From Callorhinchus milii (taxonomy: Eukaryota), in NCBI RefSeq assembly GCF_018977255.1, contig NW_024704743.1:80416001-80480000 (forward strand): a DNA stretch of 64,000 nucleotides, written 5' to 3'. The translations under genes were made by a program, and so were the position numbers. Position 1 is the stretch's first letter. Every line of letters begins with the position of its first letter. The notes under the pieces were generated by a model, which saw nothing but the letters and a program-made list of their open reading frames with translations, was not told the DNA's origin and did not search any database. This document shows positions 12,411-25,808 of the stretch, piece after piece.

Positions 12411-13917
12411 AAAGAGATTCTTCTCTTTAACTCTTTCAGTTCTAATTTTGCGGTGAATTGTCAGAACTTTCACTGTTACTGAAAACACATCTTGTGCATA
12501 ACTTAACTATTCATAAATATCACTAGTGAAATCTATTTTACAGTATGTGATCATTTATAGAATCCTTACATAATTTCTTCAAATTTGTAGGAAATCTACA
12601 CTGGACGTAAATCTCATCGAAAGAGTTACTGTGTGTCAGGGTGAGTTCATTCTTGATAGTGAAAGGAGTCCCCTTTTGTTCCTATTTCTTTTTTAAAAGA
12701 ATACCATTCAGAAATACAGGATGATCACAAATTAGAACCCTCATCCGATCCTTTAAATTAGTGGGTTGTCCAAAACATTTTTGGGGGGTTCAATATTTCT
12801 TGATTTATGTCATAAAAAACTGAAAACACACTACCAATCAAACATGGACTTACCTACATCTTTGCGAATGTTCGAGATGCCACTTCTTGGCAGCCCCGTG
12901 GTCCATACTGCTCTAAATATAAGAGAGAATTATAAACCTATGTCATATTACCTTTTTTTACTGAACTGGCAGAAGTAAAACTGGGGAATAATTCATCCAT
13001 AGATATGAATTCTACATGCATTTAAAACTAATGGTAATAATAGTTGAATTTGATATCGTGCTTATCACATCGTCAAGACGTCTCAAAGCGATTTGAAGGT
13101 TCACTTTCATTTCCTCTTGTGTGTGTAAAGCCAGTCTGTGCTCATCACATAGTGGTAAGTCTCTTGCTAGCAGTAACGCAGCACCATGGTAATTACTCCA
13201 AGTTCACATTTGTCACACACAATTTAATCCCACTATGACCCACACTGGCATACAATGACTTAAATACAGTACCACATCACTAATTACTAATGGATACCTC
13301 TGACTAAACAAAGCCGTCCAGAAATTTCAACCACCGAAGTTTTCTAGTACTCCACATGTTGAGTAAATCAAACTGCGGTAGATTTGAAGACCAGCATCTG
13401 AAACATATTTCTTTATCACCCTTATCATTACATAACTAAAATTATTTTGCAGTTATGAAAGCTTCATTACTCAGGAGTATAGTACAGCCATCTGTACAGC
13501 AGTCTTTTGCAGATCAAAGAGCATCAGTAATACAAGATCAATGAAATGCTATTCCTTTTTATTACTAGAGCAATTCCTTTTTATGCTTTACAAATATTCT
13601 GCAATTGTACCGGTCAATGTTCACTGCAGTGAGTTGTCAGTTGCTTCAGTCCTAAGCCTCAATGAAATGGTCACTTATACCAGCAGAATATATTTCTTTT
13701 GTCCAAACTTCAATTTGGAAAGAGTAATTCTGCTCTCTTTAAAATGGGAATCTATCAAAATCTTTACATAACTGCTGAAAAATGTGAAGTTATTGCACAG
13801 TGTTTCTTAAGCAACTCTGTTGAAAAAAATCCTTGATTCTGTAAGTCTTACAGTGACTCACATTGTCACAAACTGTTCATTTTCAATTGTTTTTCGGGCA
13901 GCATGGGGGATGGGAGA

Positions 13918-14232
13918 GGTCAGCTGGGTGTCTGACATATCGGAAACTGATCACCATAAGTACCCAAACTAGATTGAGAGTTCCACACGTATGCCACCTC
14001 AACATCGAAATGTCCTCATGTCTGGAATTGAGGACTCTGTCTGAGGACTCCTGATGTGCCCTGGTTATTGTTGGAGTTTAACCAGCTAATCCCACGTAAC
14101 TTGGCATTGAAGGCACTAACAAGAATTTCACTATAGATTGGGGGGGGGGAGGGTTGGGCAGTGGGCTGTCCCCTTTAGCCCTAGTCACCCACCGCCTATG
14201 CCTGCAACCACAGGTTTTTTCACCGATGGCCG
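13918..14232 (-). mobile_element. RTE-like 3'UTR family copy, degenerate
   Basis: ggtcagctgggtgtctgacat...atcaccat and ggagtttaaccagctaa are reverse complements of blocks in 29800-30193. Confidence 0.55.
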
Positions 14233-15484
14233 TACCACTGATATAAAGGATTAAAATAGCTTGTTTTAACTTGTGCTCTAATATTTTGAGTGGTAATCTG
14301 ATGATGCATCTACAAGGTTGCAATATTATCCTGAAGCTCTCCCTACCCCACCACCATCAGAGCATATAAATACAAACAAAGTAGCTTTGATATATAAACT
14401 GTTTGCAAATTTTTGATTACCATCAAGATCTGTATGAGCAGGAAACCAAACAGAGCTAAAAAGAAACCGAATACCTCCAAAGTGAACCCGGACCATAATT
14501 AAATGAGACAGTCCTCTCTGCCGCTTGGTAATGGACCAGAGCCTTATGGTGCAACTCTCCCCTCTTCAACCAGGAGTTTCAGAGAAACTGTATAATGTGG
14601 TGGAAAATCAATGGATGTAGTCAAGCAAGCAATTAAAACAGATTTGTGCCTCCTTAACCAACGACGGCAATCAATTAGACGAGACAGTTTTCAACCTAGT
14701 TGCACAAAAACAGCAGCTTGACTCAGATGATAAGATCGGAGGCGTAGTTACACAGCACTGAATCCGAGCCCTTCAATTCACTGTGGAATTGCAATGGAGA
14801 AAAATTTAAAATGCTTGAGAGTTAGTGTAGGAATATTTTAATGTTGGCATTCCCGTGAGCTGTGACCAGGATAGACTGTTATCAGCTTTTTTATTGAAGT
14901 CAAGCATCCCCATCACTCTGTGGCTCCAAGACTATAGTTTGTGTTTCAGTAGTTGCGATCTTTTGTTTTTGCTGTGTCTTTTGCAAAGCACTCTGAGATA
15001 TTTTCCTACATGAAAAGCACCTTTTAATGCAAATTGTTCTTGTTTCCTTTCAATGTGCAGCAGGACTGGCTTTGGGCTGTAGCACTGTGACACAGCCAGG
15101 AAGGGGTGGAGTGTCTTACCCATGAAATGAATGATGATTAAGACATTAACTGACCACAATTTCAATAACACATCACAAGTCTCAATTTGTGTTGACGTGT
15201 TCTATTTGTGTTGACGTACTTCATTGTTCATGTGGTTCACAGTCCACAGTTTATGCAAGCAGTGAAGTTTACAAATCCAAAGCTGGAGTCTCCTAAACTT
15301 GGGTTCTGTGTTGATGTGATTTCAAAGGCTTGTTTAAAGAACTTCTGTGAAACATTCCACTGCCACCCTTGAGTCTGGGACAATAGTGTATCCAGGAGTA
15401 GAGTTGAAGGTCTCCTCAAGGAATTTTCATCCTCTCTTTGGGAACAGGAGATAAATGTCCAAATGGTCATTTGTAAAATAGGGA

Positions 15485-15787
15485 TACCCGCTGCCTCTGC
15501 TCTACTGGATCCGACCTCCTCCGCGTACCTCGAATCCTCCGCTCCACCATCGGTGGCCTTGCCTTCAGCCACTACGTCCCGAAACTTTGGAATTCCCTCC
15601 TTCAACCCCTTCACCTCAACCCCTCCTCCCTCATCTTCAGGTCGTGCCTGAAGACCTTCTATTTTGACCGTGCCTACGATCATCTTCCCCCTCCCCCTGG
15701 CTCGTCCATGGGCTCCACCATTGTTAACCGCTCTGAGACGCCGCCCAGCATGGAGGGCACTATATAAGTGCAAGTTGTTGTTGTTAT
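15485..15787 (+). mobile_element. L2 subfamily B 3' fragment
   Basis: cgaatcctccgctccaccatcggtggcc...ctctgagacgccgcccagcatggagggcactatataagtgcaag(TTG)n. Confidence 0.9.
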
Positions 15788-15967
15788 TAAAAGCAACATC
15801 TGTAAAAAGGATCAATTCCACAAGACAAAATCATGGCTATAATGATAGAAAGCCCTTACATCTAACCTAAGCCTTCCTCTGACTGAACATTAAAATGCAG
15901 TAGTTTGAGTACATAAACTCAGACCCAGTAATATAAGAAGGTAGTCTAAAACTGGTACCTTACTTGT

Positions 15968-16021
15968 CATCCGATTAGCATTTTCTTCATAAAACATCCG
16001 ATTAGCATTTTCTTCATAAAA
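15968..16021. repeat. Perfect tandem duplication, 2 x 27 bp
   Basis: catccgattagcattttcttcataaaa twice. Confidence 0.95.
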
Positions 16022-16067
16022 TGATTTCACAACACACATTGAATGCATTATGAAGTTATATTTATAT

Positions 16068-16125
16068 AACAACAACAACAAGATTCCATTTATAAAGCGC
16101 CTTTCACGTCAGGAGGACGTCCCAA
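16068..16125 (-). mobile_element. L2 subfamily A tail-only insertion
   Basis: (AAC)n aagattccatttataaagcgcctttcacgtcaggaggacgtccc is the reverse complement of the L2-A tail. Confidence 0.85.
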
Positions 16126-16389
16126 CATCAATGAATAACATCATTCACATAAGAAGATGTCCCAAAGCACTTGACTATACTAGCTGGGCACCCAAGCTGG
16201 TGGTACGAAAGAGAGTGTTGGTCAAGGAGATACATGTCAAGCATGAAGGAAGTTACATCAGCATTGACCTGATAACCCAGAAGGTGACTTTTTTCAGTGC
16301 AAGAAACCAGCTAATCTGCCCAGGAAGCTGGAAGTATTCTTCACAGGACACTCACATTAGAAGCAAACTTGTTCTCAAACGTATTCATA

Positions 16390-16593
16390 GATAATAATCC
16401 CTCCAAAACCAAAAACAATAATAAAATTGGTCATTTTCAATCTACGACTGTTTGTGGGACATTGCTGTGCGCAATTGGCTGCCGCGTTCGCCCACAAATA
16501 TACAGTCAATTCACTTTACAGTGTGTTCTGTGAAGCGCTTTGGGATGTCCTCCCGACGTGAAAAGGGCTATATCAAATGCAAGGATTATTATT
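16390..16593 (+). mobile_element. tRNA-derived SINE, 3' half
   Basis: gataataatccctcc...gactgtttgtgggacattgctgtgcgcaattggctgccg...tatcaaatgcaaggattattatt. Confidence 0.85.
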
Positions 16594-18584
16594 ACATTTC
16601 ATATAGTACCCATAACGTCAAAACATCACAAATGCTTTTCAAAGCATCTTATCACTTTGTTGCCTTATCACTACTAGACGGATGTTTGTTTTTTCTACTC
16701 ATCCGAGCTAAAGACTACCCAATTACCATAAGTAATCTATCAGCTAAATGCATTTGAAACCCTTTTTAAAATTGATATGATTTATTAACCATTGGGAAGG
16801 TTTTTGCTACAGACACAAAAGTTTTAAGTGAATCGCTTTGCTGCTTTTGTGAAAATACATTGCAAAAACACAATTCTTTAGTGTTTTCCTAAAACCCCCA
16901 CTGTGGCTTCTTCATTCTTTCATGTTGCAAGTGCTGCTTCAGTTCCCACGCTCTGAAATGCTAAGAAAATAAAAGAAATCCATTCCTGGGTAAAATTTCT
17001 CCCCCCACAGGCCTCAATATCTAAATTCCACCTAATACTTTAAGTCAAAATAACAGCCACTTTTTGGGGTGCCTTTTTATATGGACTCAGTTTATGGACT
17101 CAAATCAAATCACATGCTTTGTCTACATAAATTATTAAAGTTATAAGGTGATTTAGATCAGACTGGTCGGGCAGAATGATGGATGGGATTTCAGCCCTCC
17201 TGAGAGGACGCAAGCTGACATTAATGATATTCCAAAGAGTTCCAAGGTGCTTACCTTGGATAACCATTTAGCTAACTCATGTTGCAGTTCAGTGTTCTGT
17301 GAAAGATAACTAGTAGTGCGCAAAATACCTTTTGTTTCAAGTGTAACACATTGAAAGAAACCAATTGTGAAGTTGAGCAGAGAATACAGGTCACTGCTAT
17401 TAAGAATAGCAATTTATAAAGAGCTTTTTCCCAGGTAAGAAATACATCTATGATTTTCTTTGAGAAAGACTATTCCTTCTAAAATGTTAACAGTTGTTCA
17501 TCCAGTTTCAAAGCTTTTTCAGTTAAAATAATTGAAACGAGGGCTTGTTTTAACTCATAAATGAAACTTAACTGTTTCATTTCAGTCATTTCAGATAGTT
17601 TTCATTCATAGATCATAATCCTCGCATCTCATATAGTACCCATGACATCAAAACATCACAAGTGCTTGACAAGGAATGGCTGTCAGATGAAGTGACTGTG
17701 GATTTTTCGCCAGGCTGTATTTGCAGGCAAACAAGAATGTTAATTTGCATACAAGCAGCCTTGAAGTAAATGACCAGTTTAACTGGCAGCAAAGAAGATA
17801 GTCAATTTACTTTTCTCAATATCCCACAAATAGCCAGGTGAAATGAATGAGCAATTTTATCTGAAGGATTGTTAGAATGACTCATTCTACAGGATGTTTA
17901 ACATCCACCTGAACAAGCAGACAATTTAATATCTCACCAGAAGGGCTGCACCTCAGGAAATGCAGTGCACCCCCAGGTCTGCCCTAGAGTGTCAGCCTAG
18001 GCTGTGAGCTCTAGGTCCCAATTAGGGCATTTTCTTGAATGCATAACATTTCGACCAAGAGGCAAGATATCGTACCAGTTGAGTCAAGCTGACAACTGTA
18101 AAGAAAGTAAAGGTTGGATCAATGTATTCATATTAATAGTGACAGGGGAAGGCAAGTTTGACAGAAAAGAGGGAAGGGTTCTATACAAATGTTAGCTGTT
18201 GGTGTTGTAGTTAAGGTTTGCCCGAAACAGCTTATTTTATCTGAAGCACAAATGTTTTAATGGAAACTGTTGTGGGAGTGACATAGTAAAATGAATACTT
18301 GCTTATATTAAGATGAGTAGCAATTGATTTAAAAGACTGTGGAAACATGATGTGTGGGTTGCCAGTTCAATACTCATTTGATTCTTCACTCTATTAACAA
18401 TGAGGATTGATTAGCTGGGATTGAAACGATTTATAATACTGTCCCAGCCAGTAATAAATTCAATATAATTTAGTTTCTTTCTCTGCAGACCTACATAACT
18501 TTATTAATTCTATAAGCTTTTAACAAATAATGATACATCCTGCGTATAAATTCTATTTAAATCAAGGAAATCCAGAATCTCCTC

Positions 18585-20453
18585 CTTCACTGCGAGGAGA
18601 TGCTGGATTTCCTTGAATCCAAAATCAAGGGAATCCGCTCCGCGGTCACTCCCCTTCCAACTTCCACCCACCCCACACCCCTTCCCTTCCACACTCCAAC
18701 TCCTACCCATCCTCCCCTACACACCTTCGAACCCGTTTCTCCACCCTCTGTCACCAAACTCATCCTGTCCCTGAAACCCACCACCTGCTCCCTTGACCCC
18801 ATCCCCACTCTACTCCTTATCTCTCAGCTGCACCTCTTTGCGCCACTTATCACAGACATCATCAACCTGTCCCTCTCCTCTGGCTCTGTTCCCATTCCCC
18901 TAAAAACTGCCATCATCACTCCCATATTGAAAAAACCCTCCCTTGATGCGTCGCAGCTATCAAGCTACCGGCCCATCTCCAACCTCCCCTTCCTGTCCAA
19001 GGTCCTTGAAAGAGTTGTCGCCTCCCAGCTGCGCTCTTTCCTCTCCAACCATTCATTATTCGAACCCCTACAGTCGGGTTTCCGTGCTGCCCATAGCACA
19101 GAAACCGCTCTAGTCAAGGTCACCAATGACATCTTGACCATCTGCGACCAGGGCTCCCTCTGCCTCCTGGTCTTCCTCGACCTATCGGCAGTATTCGATA
19201 CGGTCCACCACGCTATCCTCCTCCACCGCTTGTCCTCCCACCTTAACCTTCAAGGCCCTGTCCTTGAGTGGTTCAGGTCGTACCTCTCCCACCGTCTTCA
19301 TTTTGTTTCCACAAACAGCTTTTCCTCCAGCCCCTGCACTGTCTCGTGCGGTGTCCCTCAGGGCTCTGTCCTCGGTCCCCTCCTCTTCACCCTCTATATG
19401 CTCCCCCTTGGTGACATCATCCGCAGACATGGGGTTAACTTCCACATGTATGCGGATGATACCCAACTCTACCTTTCCTCCTCTACCCTCAACCCCACGA
19501 CCACCGATGTGCTGACAGTCTGCCTGTCCGACATCGAGTCCTGGACGAGAGACAACTTTCTTCAGCTCAACGTGCGCAAAACTAAGGCCCTCCTGATTGG
19601 CTCACGTCAGCGCCTCCACACCTCAGGCGCTGACAGAATCAGCATCCAAGGCTGCACTCTCCACCTCTCAAAGCCATCAGGAACCTCGGGGTTCTGTTCG
19701 ACCCTGAGCTGTCCTTTCTTCCTCATATCCGCGCCACAACTGGCACCGCCTTCCATCACCTCCGAAACATCGCCAGACTACAGCACTACCTCACCCCTCA
19801 CGCTGCTGAAACGTTGGTCCACGCCTTTATCACCTCAAGGCTGGACTATGGGAACTCTCTCCTCGCCGGCCTTCCCGGCACCTCCCTCCACAAGCTGCAG
19901 GTCATTCAGAACTCTGCAGCTCGTGTACTGTCCCGCACCAGGCTTCGGGACCACATCACTCCCACCCTCGCTCGCCTCCACTGGCTCCCCATCCCCCAGA
20001 GGATCGAATTCAAGATCCTCATCCTCACCTACAAGGCTATTCACGGCCTCGCTCCCTCCTACCTCTCCGACCTACTATCCCCCTATCTACCTGCCCGTAA
20101 CCTCCGTTCCTCTGGCTCCGGTCTGCTCCACATCCCCCGCCCCAACCGCCTTACCATCGGTGGCCGGGCTTTCAGCCTCTCAGCCCCGAGGCTCTGGAAC
20201 TCCATCCCCCAGTGCCTTTGCCTTGCTTCCTCCCTTTTCTCCTTCAAAGCCGGTCTCAAGACCTTTCTCTTTGATCGTGCCTTCAGCTTCCCTCTCGTCT
20301 CTCTACCCCCTCCTCGCTCCCTCCCTTCCCTCGCCTCACCCTGACCATTTCCCCCCTGCTCAGGTCCTGACCCAACTGTCCAGCGCCTTTGGACGTCCTC
20401 CCAACGTGAAAGGCGCTCTATAAATGGAATCTTGTTGTTGTTGTATCTTGTTG
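18585..20453 (+). mobile_element. Young 5'-truncated L2 LINE (subfamily A) with near-intact reverse transcriptase
   Basis: ORF 18600- has [43 protein letters not shown]; one frameshift near 19675, then [10 protein letters not shown]...LHWLPI...LWNSIP; 3' stem-loop and (TTG)n. Confidence 0.97.
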
Positions 20454-20784
20454 TAAATCTGAACCACAATTGTGGCAGAACAAGACAACTTTCCAAAATA
20501 CCTTTGACTCAAACAGAGAAAATAGCAGTGATCTGAGTAAGTCCTCCCGATGAGATCAGCAACTGGGAAAGCAACTATCAAACTGAGGTACCCAATAATT
20601 TTTAACTTATAACTACTTCTACTCAGAGCACGGTGCACAGTTCTGGATCCATTATCATGAAATATGTCAGACGTGTCCTTTCTCTGTCAAAATTTGCTGT
20701 TAACCACACAGGAAGATAATCTGATCCACTGTCACTAATACAACATTACCTCGTCAATATGTCCAGCAACTGTTTACTTGCATG

Positions 20785-21115
20785 TTGTTTTTTGGACAGC
20801 TTGGTATCTGACACACTTGGAAACCCATCACTATGCTTAAAAATCTCAAAGCCAAGCTGATGAAAGTTCCATAAATGTTTATAATCCAAACGTAGTTTCT
20901 GTTTGACTCGTACTTTCCAGAGGGAAGCATTTAATCCCAGAGAGCTCAGGTACAGGTCAGCAAAGTTTGGGGATTTGGGGAATGTGCGTTGGGGTACTGC
21001 TGGAATTTAACCAGCTAAAACAGACAGCTTGCAATGCAAACTCTAGAAATCTTCATCCTGTTTGTCCAGCTAGGACTACCCCACCCATTAAGGCTTTGGC
21101 TTGCAGGTTTAACAG
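20785..21115 (-). mobile_element. RTE-like 3'UTR family copy
   Basis: ttttttggacagcttggtatctgacacacttggaaacccatcac...tgtccagctaggactaccccacccattaaggctttggcttgcagg is the reverse complement of 29830-30193. Confidence 0.7.
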
Positions 21116-24100
21116 GAGTTGTGTGACACTGATGTGCACAACTGGCTGTCGCGTTTCGCCCACAAAATTCACTTTGCAGTCTATTCTGTTAAGTGCTTTG
21201 AGACATCGCAAAGACGTGATAAGGCATTTTATCAAATGTAAGGATTATTATCCCTTTGAGGTTTTATTTGCAGAATGAGAACACAAAGATTAGGCAAAGG
21301 GGATTTAGCATACCAAAATTGCTAAATTTATTGCATCTTTACAATCAGAAATCTTTTATAAAGACATAACAAATAGGTTGCATTCTGTAAGGATCCATTT
21401 GTGTTAGACCCAAAAGATTTAACCCTTGTTATCCTTTTGACAACATTCCTGCAAAAGGGAGAGAGAAACACATTCAAAAGTGTATACTTATTCCATGAAT
21501 TCTAACATTGTTTCTTTGCCAAGCATAATAGATTTAAAGTGCATCTGATGTGCAATGTCACACCAATTCTGTTTGCTTTCATGTTAGATCAGACAAATGC
21601 GCAATTAGCAACAGTAATGTATTCACTTTTGGTATTCATTGACGGAACGCTGTAATGCGTGAGGAGGTCACTAATTATTTCTAACATGTTCTGGTAATAC
21701 ATTTGACTCTGGAATAATGGGCATATTACAAATAGAAAAAAAAATCATTCACAATCACTGTCAAAAGCAATGGCTAAATAAATGTAATCAGCCCTTTGGC
21801 AGAAAGAGTGTTCTAAACTGCAATAACAACAAAATACTGTAATTTCATCATACAGACCTACATTAACATAGGCATAGAGAGGGTTTGTCTGACCTTATAT
21901 TTTTTCAATATAGATGTGCATCATGTAGGCGATCATGACCAATGCAATACCCAATTATTGCTACAGACGTTTGTGTAAGACCTGAAAGCACCAACGGTTT
22001 TTTGCTTCAAGCCATTATTACAGTCAGTTCAACATCCTGACAGAATGATTTGATAATTGATATTTGGTAAAAAAAAGGGAAGAACAACTCAAATTCAGAT
22101 TGACAAAGGATGTGCTACAATATTTTTAGAAGTGTAGAACTACACTCACCAGCAGATTCTATTAATGTTTTGGTTCACAGACAAGTTGAAGGTGAAAAGA
22201 GCGAGCCTGCCAAGTTATAATTATTACTAAAAGATTTTATAGAGATGTCATACTGCCATGATCAATGGGGTCAGTTTAATGATACATTCAATATATAGCA
22301 CATCTAATGCATTCAATATATCAAGCCTTCTCACACTCCTCTCAGGTGCCCAGTCAAGCAATGTTCAGCACTCTAGATGTCCTCCCCACATGAAAGGCAT
22401 GATATAAATGTAAATTATATTGTATTGCTTACAGGTCATTGCTTTCAACTGTAGTTACTGTGTCCATAGGCAAAGTCAGAGCTATTTTGATCCCAGCAAG
22501 GTTCCATAAACAGCCATATAGTTTACCTGGAAGACTGTTGGCCAGGACACTGAGAGAAACTCCTTTCTCTTTTTGAATAGTGCTATGGGATCTTTAATAT
22601 CTACATGAACACGCAGACAAGATCTTAGTTTAACATCTCATTCAAAGGACAGCATCTCCAACAATTCAGCATTGTCCCAAATACTGGCGTGTTCCACTGG
22701 ACTAAGAGCTCAACTCTGAAGTGTGGCTTGAACAACAACAACTTACATTTGTATAGCGCTGGCCTACAAACTCCTGACCCAAAAGTAAGTATGTTACCAA
22801 TGGAGCCAAACTGATTAGTTGCTAGAGACGGATCACCAATCTTAATAGCGATGTCCGTGAATCCAGGTCTGTGGTATTGGACCTGATTGCCAGTTGGCAG
22901 AATATCACTCATATTAGTTTTTCTTTTTTAAAAATAATGAACTGGTTCTATTAACTGGTAAATGATGGAATACAATCTTTTTGCTGTCTTGATGATATAA
23001 TGAGAGGATATTCTGAAAGAATGGAATTAAATGGGTCGAAATGCCTTTTGTCATCCAAACCTCTCTTGTGAACTTGTGAAATGCCTTCAGAAAATCTAAA
23101 TAAATGATATCCACTGCATAACTGCATAACCCTCAGTTAGTAAATGATTAGCAAGGCATGACATATTGCTTCTGTAGAGGTCAAATCTGATCTTTTTTTC
23201 CTGGGACTCTCTTGTGAGAAATAAAAAGATCAACATCTGGACCCATTCCTCTAAGGTGGTGGGTCACTCAGACACAATGACTTAGATTGGTTTAGGTTTC
23301 GTATCATGCCCATCTAAAGAGTCAGGACACTGAAGGGAAGAGAGCATGATGAATGCTTAGTACACATTCTAATCTAGTAAATCATTTCCATCCAGAGGGA
23401 CAGACATTATCAGGAATTATACACTGGAGTCCTAAGTATACCTGAGACCATCACGAGGAAGCTATTTAAGAGTTCCATATGCCAATAAGCGCAATCTAGA
23501 TGTGATCCAATATACTCTCTCTTGAATTACCATTTTAGACATGTGTTATAGGAGCCAAGATTAATCCCTTTGCAAAACCCCTCCAGCACTTCTAAGAAAA
23601 ATTTCGCTTTAGTCCAGCAAATTGGAAATGAATTGAGATGTGAATTAGCAAAGACCGTTGTTAGCCAGAATATTTTACAGCTTGGAAGACTGATGCCTGT
23701 GACCCGTTAATGCTTCGATAAATCTCCCTAGTTTAACTTGTTAAATACTCCTTTAGTCCACAGGGTTCCCAGCTCCTAACTGATTTTTTTCATCATATAT
23801 TTCCCATTTCCTTTCCTCTCCTGAAGGCAATGACTCAGGTTATGACCCATATCCAAATGCACCAGCAACTTTACAATACATCAACCAAGAGGCCACATTG
23901 AGCCTGAAGCGAAAGTTGGAGTGAAGTCTAGCTATTTAGCTAAGGAGAGAAACATAACTCAACAACCACATAAGAGGGGCATGCCTAGGATTGTCAATAT
24001 ATTGCAATAAATAGTTTGGGGGCAGAATGTGACCCATTGTCAAACATTAAACTGGGTCAGATGGGTGAAGATGAAGCAGAGCCCAAGGTCAGAGGGCGAT

Positions 24101-24571
24101 CAGTGGCAGCTGGAGCAGAATCGAACTTACCTGCTGCCTCTGCCAATACAAATCCAATCCCCACTATGAAGCACTTTGAGATGTCTTGAAGACATGATAA
24201 GGCGCTATATCAAATGCTAGGATTATTATTCTTTTATGCCCATTTGTGGGTTCTTGCCACTGTGCCCACATATGGGGACTTTGCATCAGTCATCAAGAGC
24301 AGGAATTTATAGCTAATTATTTTTCTCTCAGCATCTAATAAAGAATGATGTTAATTGTAGCCGACCAAGTCAGCATGACTAACAAACTCAGCAACAGTCC
24401 AGTGATCAAACATAGGTGTTCCTGGTTAGTATGTCACAAAACCACCCCACACAGTGCAACTACCACACAGTGTCACTGGAAAGTTTGTTGACTGGTATTT
24501 TACATAAATAATAATAATCCTCGCATTTCATATCATGCCTTAACACATAGTCATGTCTCAAAGAGCTATTG

Positions 24572-24970
24572 TAGAGTCCTGCAGTTCAGTGTTTAGAGCA
24601 AGTGTTTAAAGCACTATAACACAGAGTTTAAAGTGTTTAAAGCGAGAGACCTGGATTTGATTCCCAGGCAGGGTGAAATGTTGGGCAAGTTTTCTTACTC
24701 CACACACCTCTGTTTACCTAGCAGTAAGTAGGAACCCAGCTGTTAGTCGATTGGCAGATCACTTTTCCAGGGATAATAAATCCCTAAAAAAGAAAAAAAA
24801 ATTGTCATTCAATCTACGACTGTTTGTGGGACACTGCTGTGCACAATTGGCTGCCACATGTCGCCCACAAAATATACAGTTAATTAACTTTACAGTATAC
24901 TCTGTGAAGCGCTTTGAGATATCTTGAAGACGTGATAAGGCACTATATCAAATGTAAGTATTCTTATTAT
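24572..24970 (+). mobile_element. tRNA-derived SINE, long form
   Basis: Same body as 3364-3742 with a rearranged head. Confidence 0.85.
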
Positions 24971-24974
24971 ACAG

Positions 24975-25343
24975 GATACACACCTCAAAGTATAATGACT
25001 GTGTATTTTGTGGGCAATTACTGAAACCAATTTGCATTCAGCAATATCTTACAAACAGCCAAGGAATAACCAATTTTATATTGGGGATTATTGGCCAGGA
25101 CACCAGGATAAACTCCCTTTTCAAATACCGCTATGCGACCCTTAATATTCATCAGAACAGGTAGACTTAACCTCAGTTTAATATCTCATCCAAAAGATGG
25201 CACCGATAACAATGCAGCACACCTCCAGCATCGCATTGGAGTGTTAGCGTAGACCTATGGGTTCCAAGTCCTGCCGTGGGGCTTGAATCCACAACCTTCT
25301 TACTCAGAGATAAGATTGTTACCAATTGAGCCAGGCTGACACC
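24975..25343 (-). mobile_element. Deu-domain tRNA SINE
   Basis: tttaatatctcatccaaaagatggcaccgataacaatgcagcac Deu block; head ggcttgaatccacaaccttcttactcagag...ccaattgagccaggctgacacc. Confidence 0.75.
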
Positions 25344-25808
25344 TGTGCACTCCCATGAAGTGCTAAACCTCTCCATGTGGGTTTCTGTGGGCTCAAAATC
25401 ATACACAGTCTCAATCAGTATGGATATTACAAATATTGAGGTCCCAATAAGTGGTAACTATCAACAAGTCTCTTAAAAATTTTGTCTGATATTCAGTTAA
25501 AATTTTGAAAATCCTAATCTGATAGAAACTGCTTGGATGTGCCTGAGGTGGATGCCACTTGATCCCTTTCTCTGTGCTAATGTTTATGAAGCTGGGTGAC
25601 GGATTTAACTCTGTGTTTTATGTTCACCAGTGAAGCTGATCATTCTTTAAGTAGCAATCAAAATTTGTGATTTATGAGCCAGAATCAAATGTACAATAAG
25701 TTTGGCAGTGCTGCTGTCTGAGAGAAAGTATGCACTCTGGAACACAGGAATTTTTACATGTAAACTGTAATGTGGCCCCAATGTGTAATTATGACATTTT
25801 TGAAATAT

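Noticed and set aside
19680..20423. Pro/Ser-rich C-terminal extension of the 607-aa ORF as a novel RT fusion
   Set aside because: It is an out-of-frame read-through after a frameshift; the true L2 C-terminus is in the frame of ORF 19814-20344.
21330..21448. Strong - strand acceptor (tttctctctcccttttgcag) followed by AATAAA
   Set aside because: No convincing donor or recognisable coding frame.
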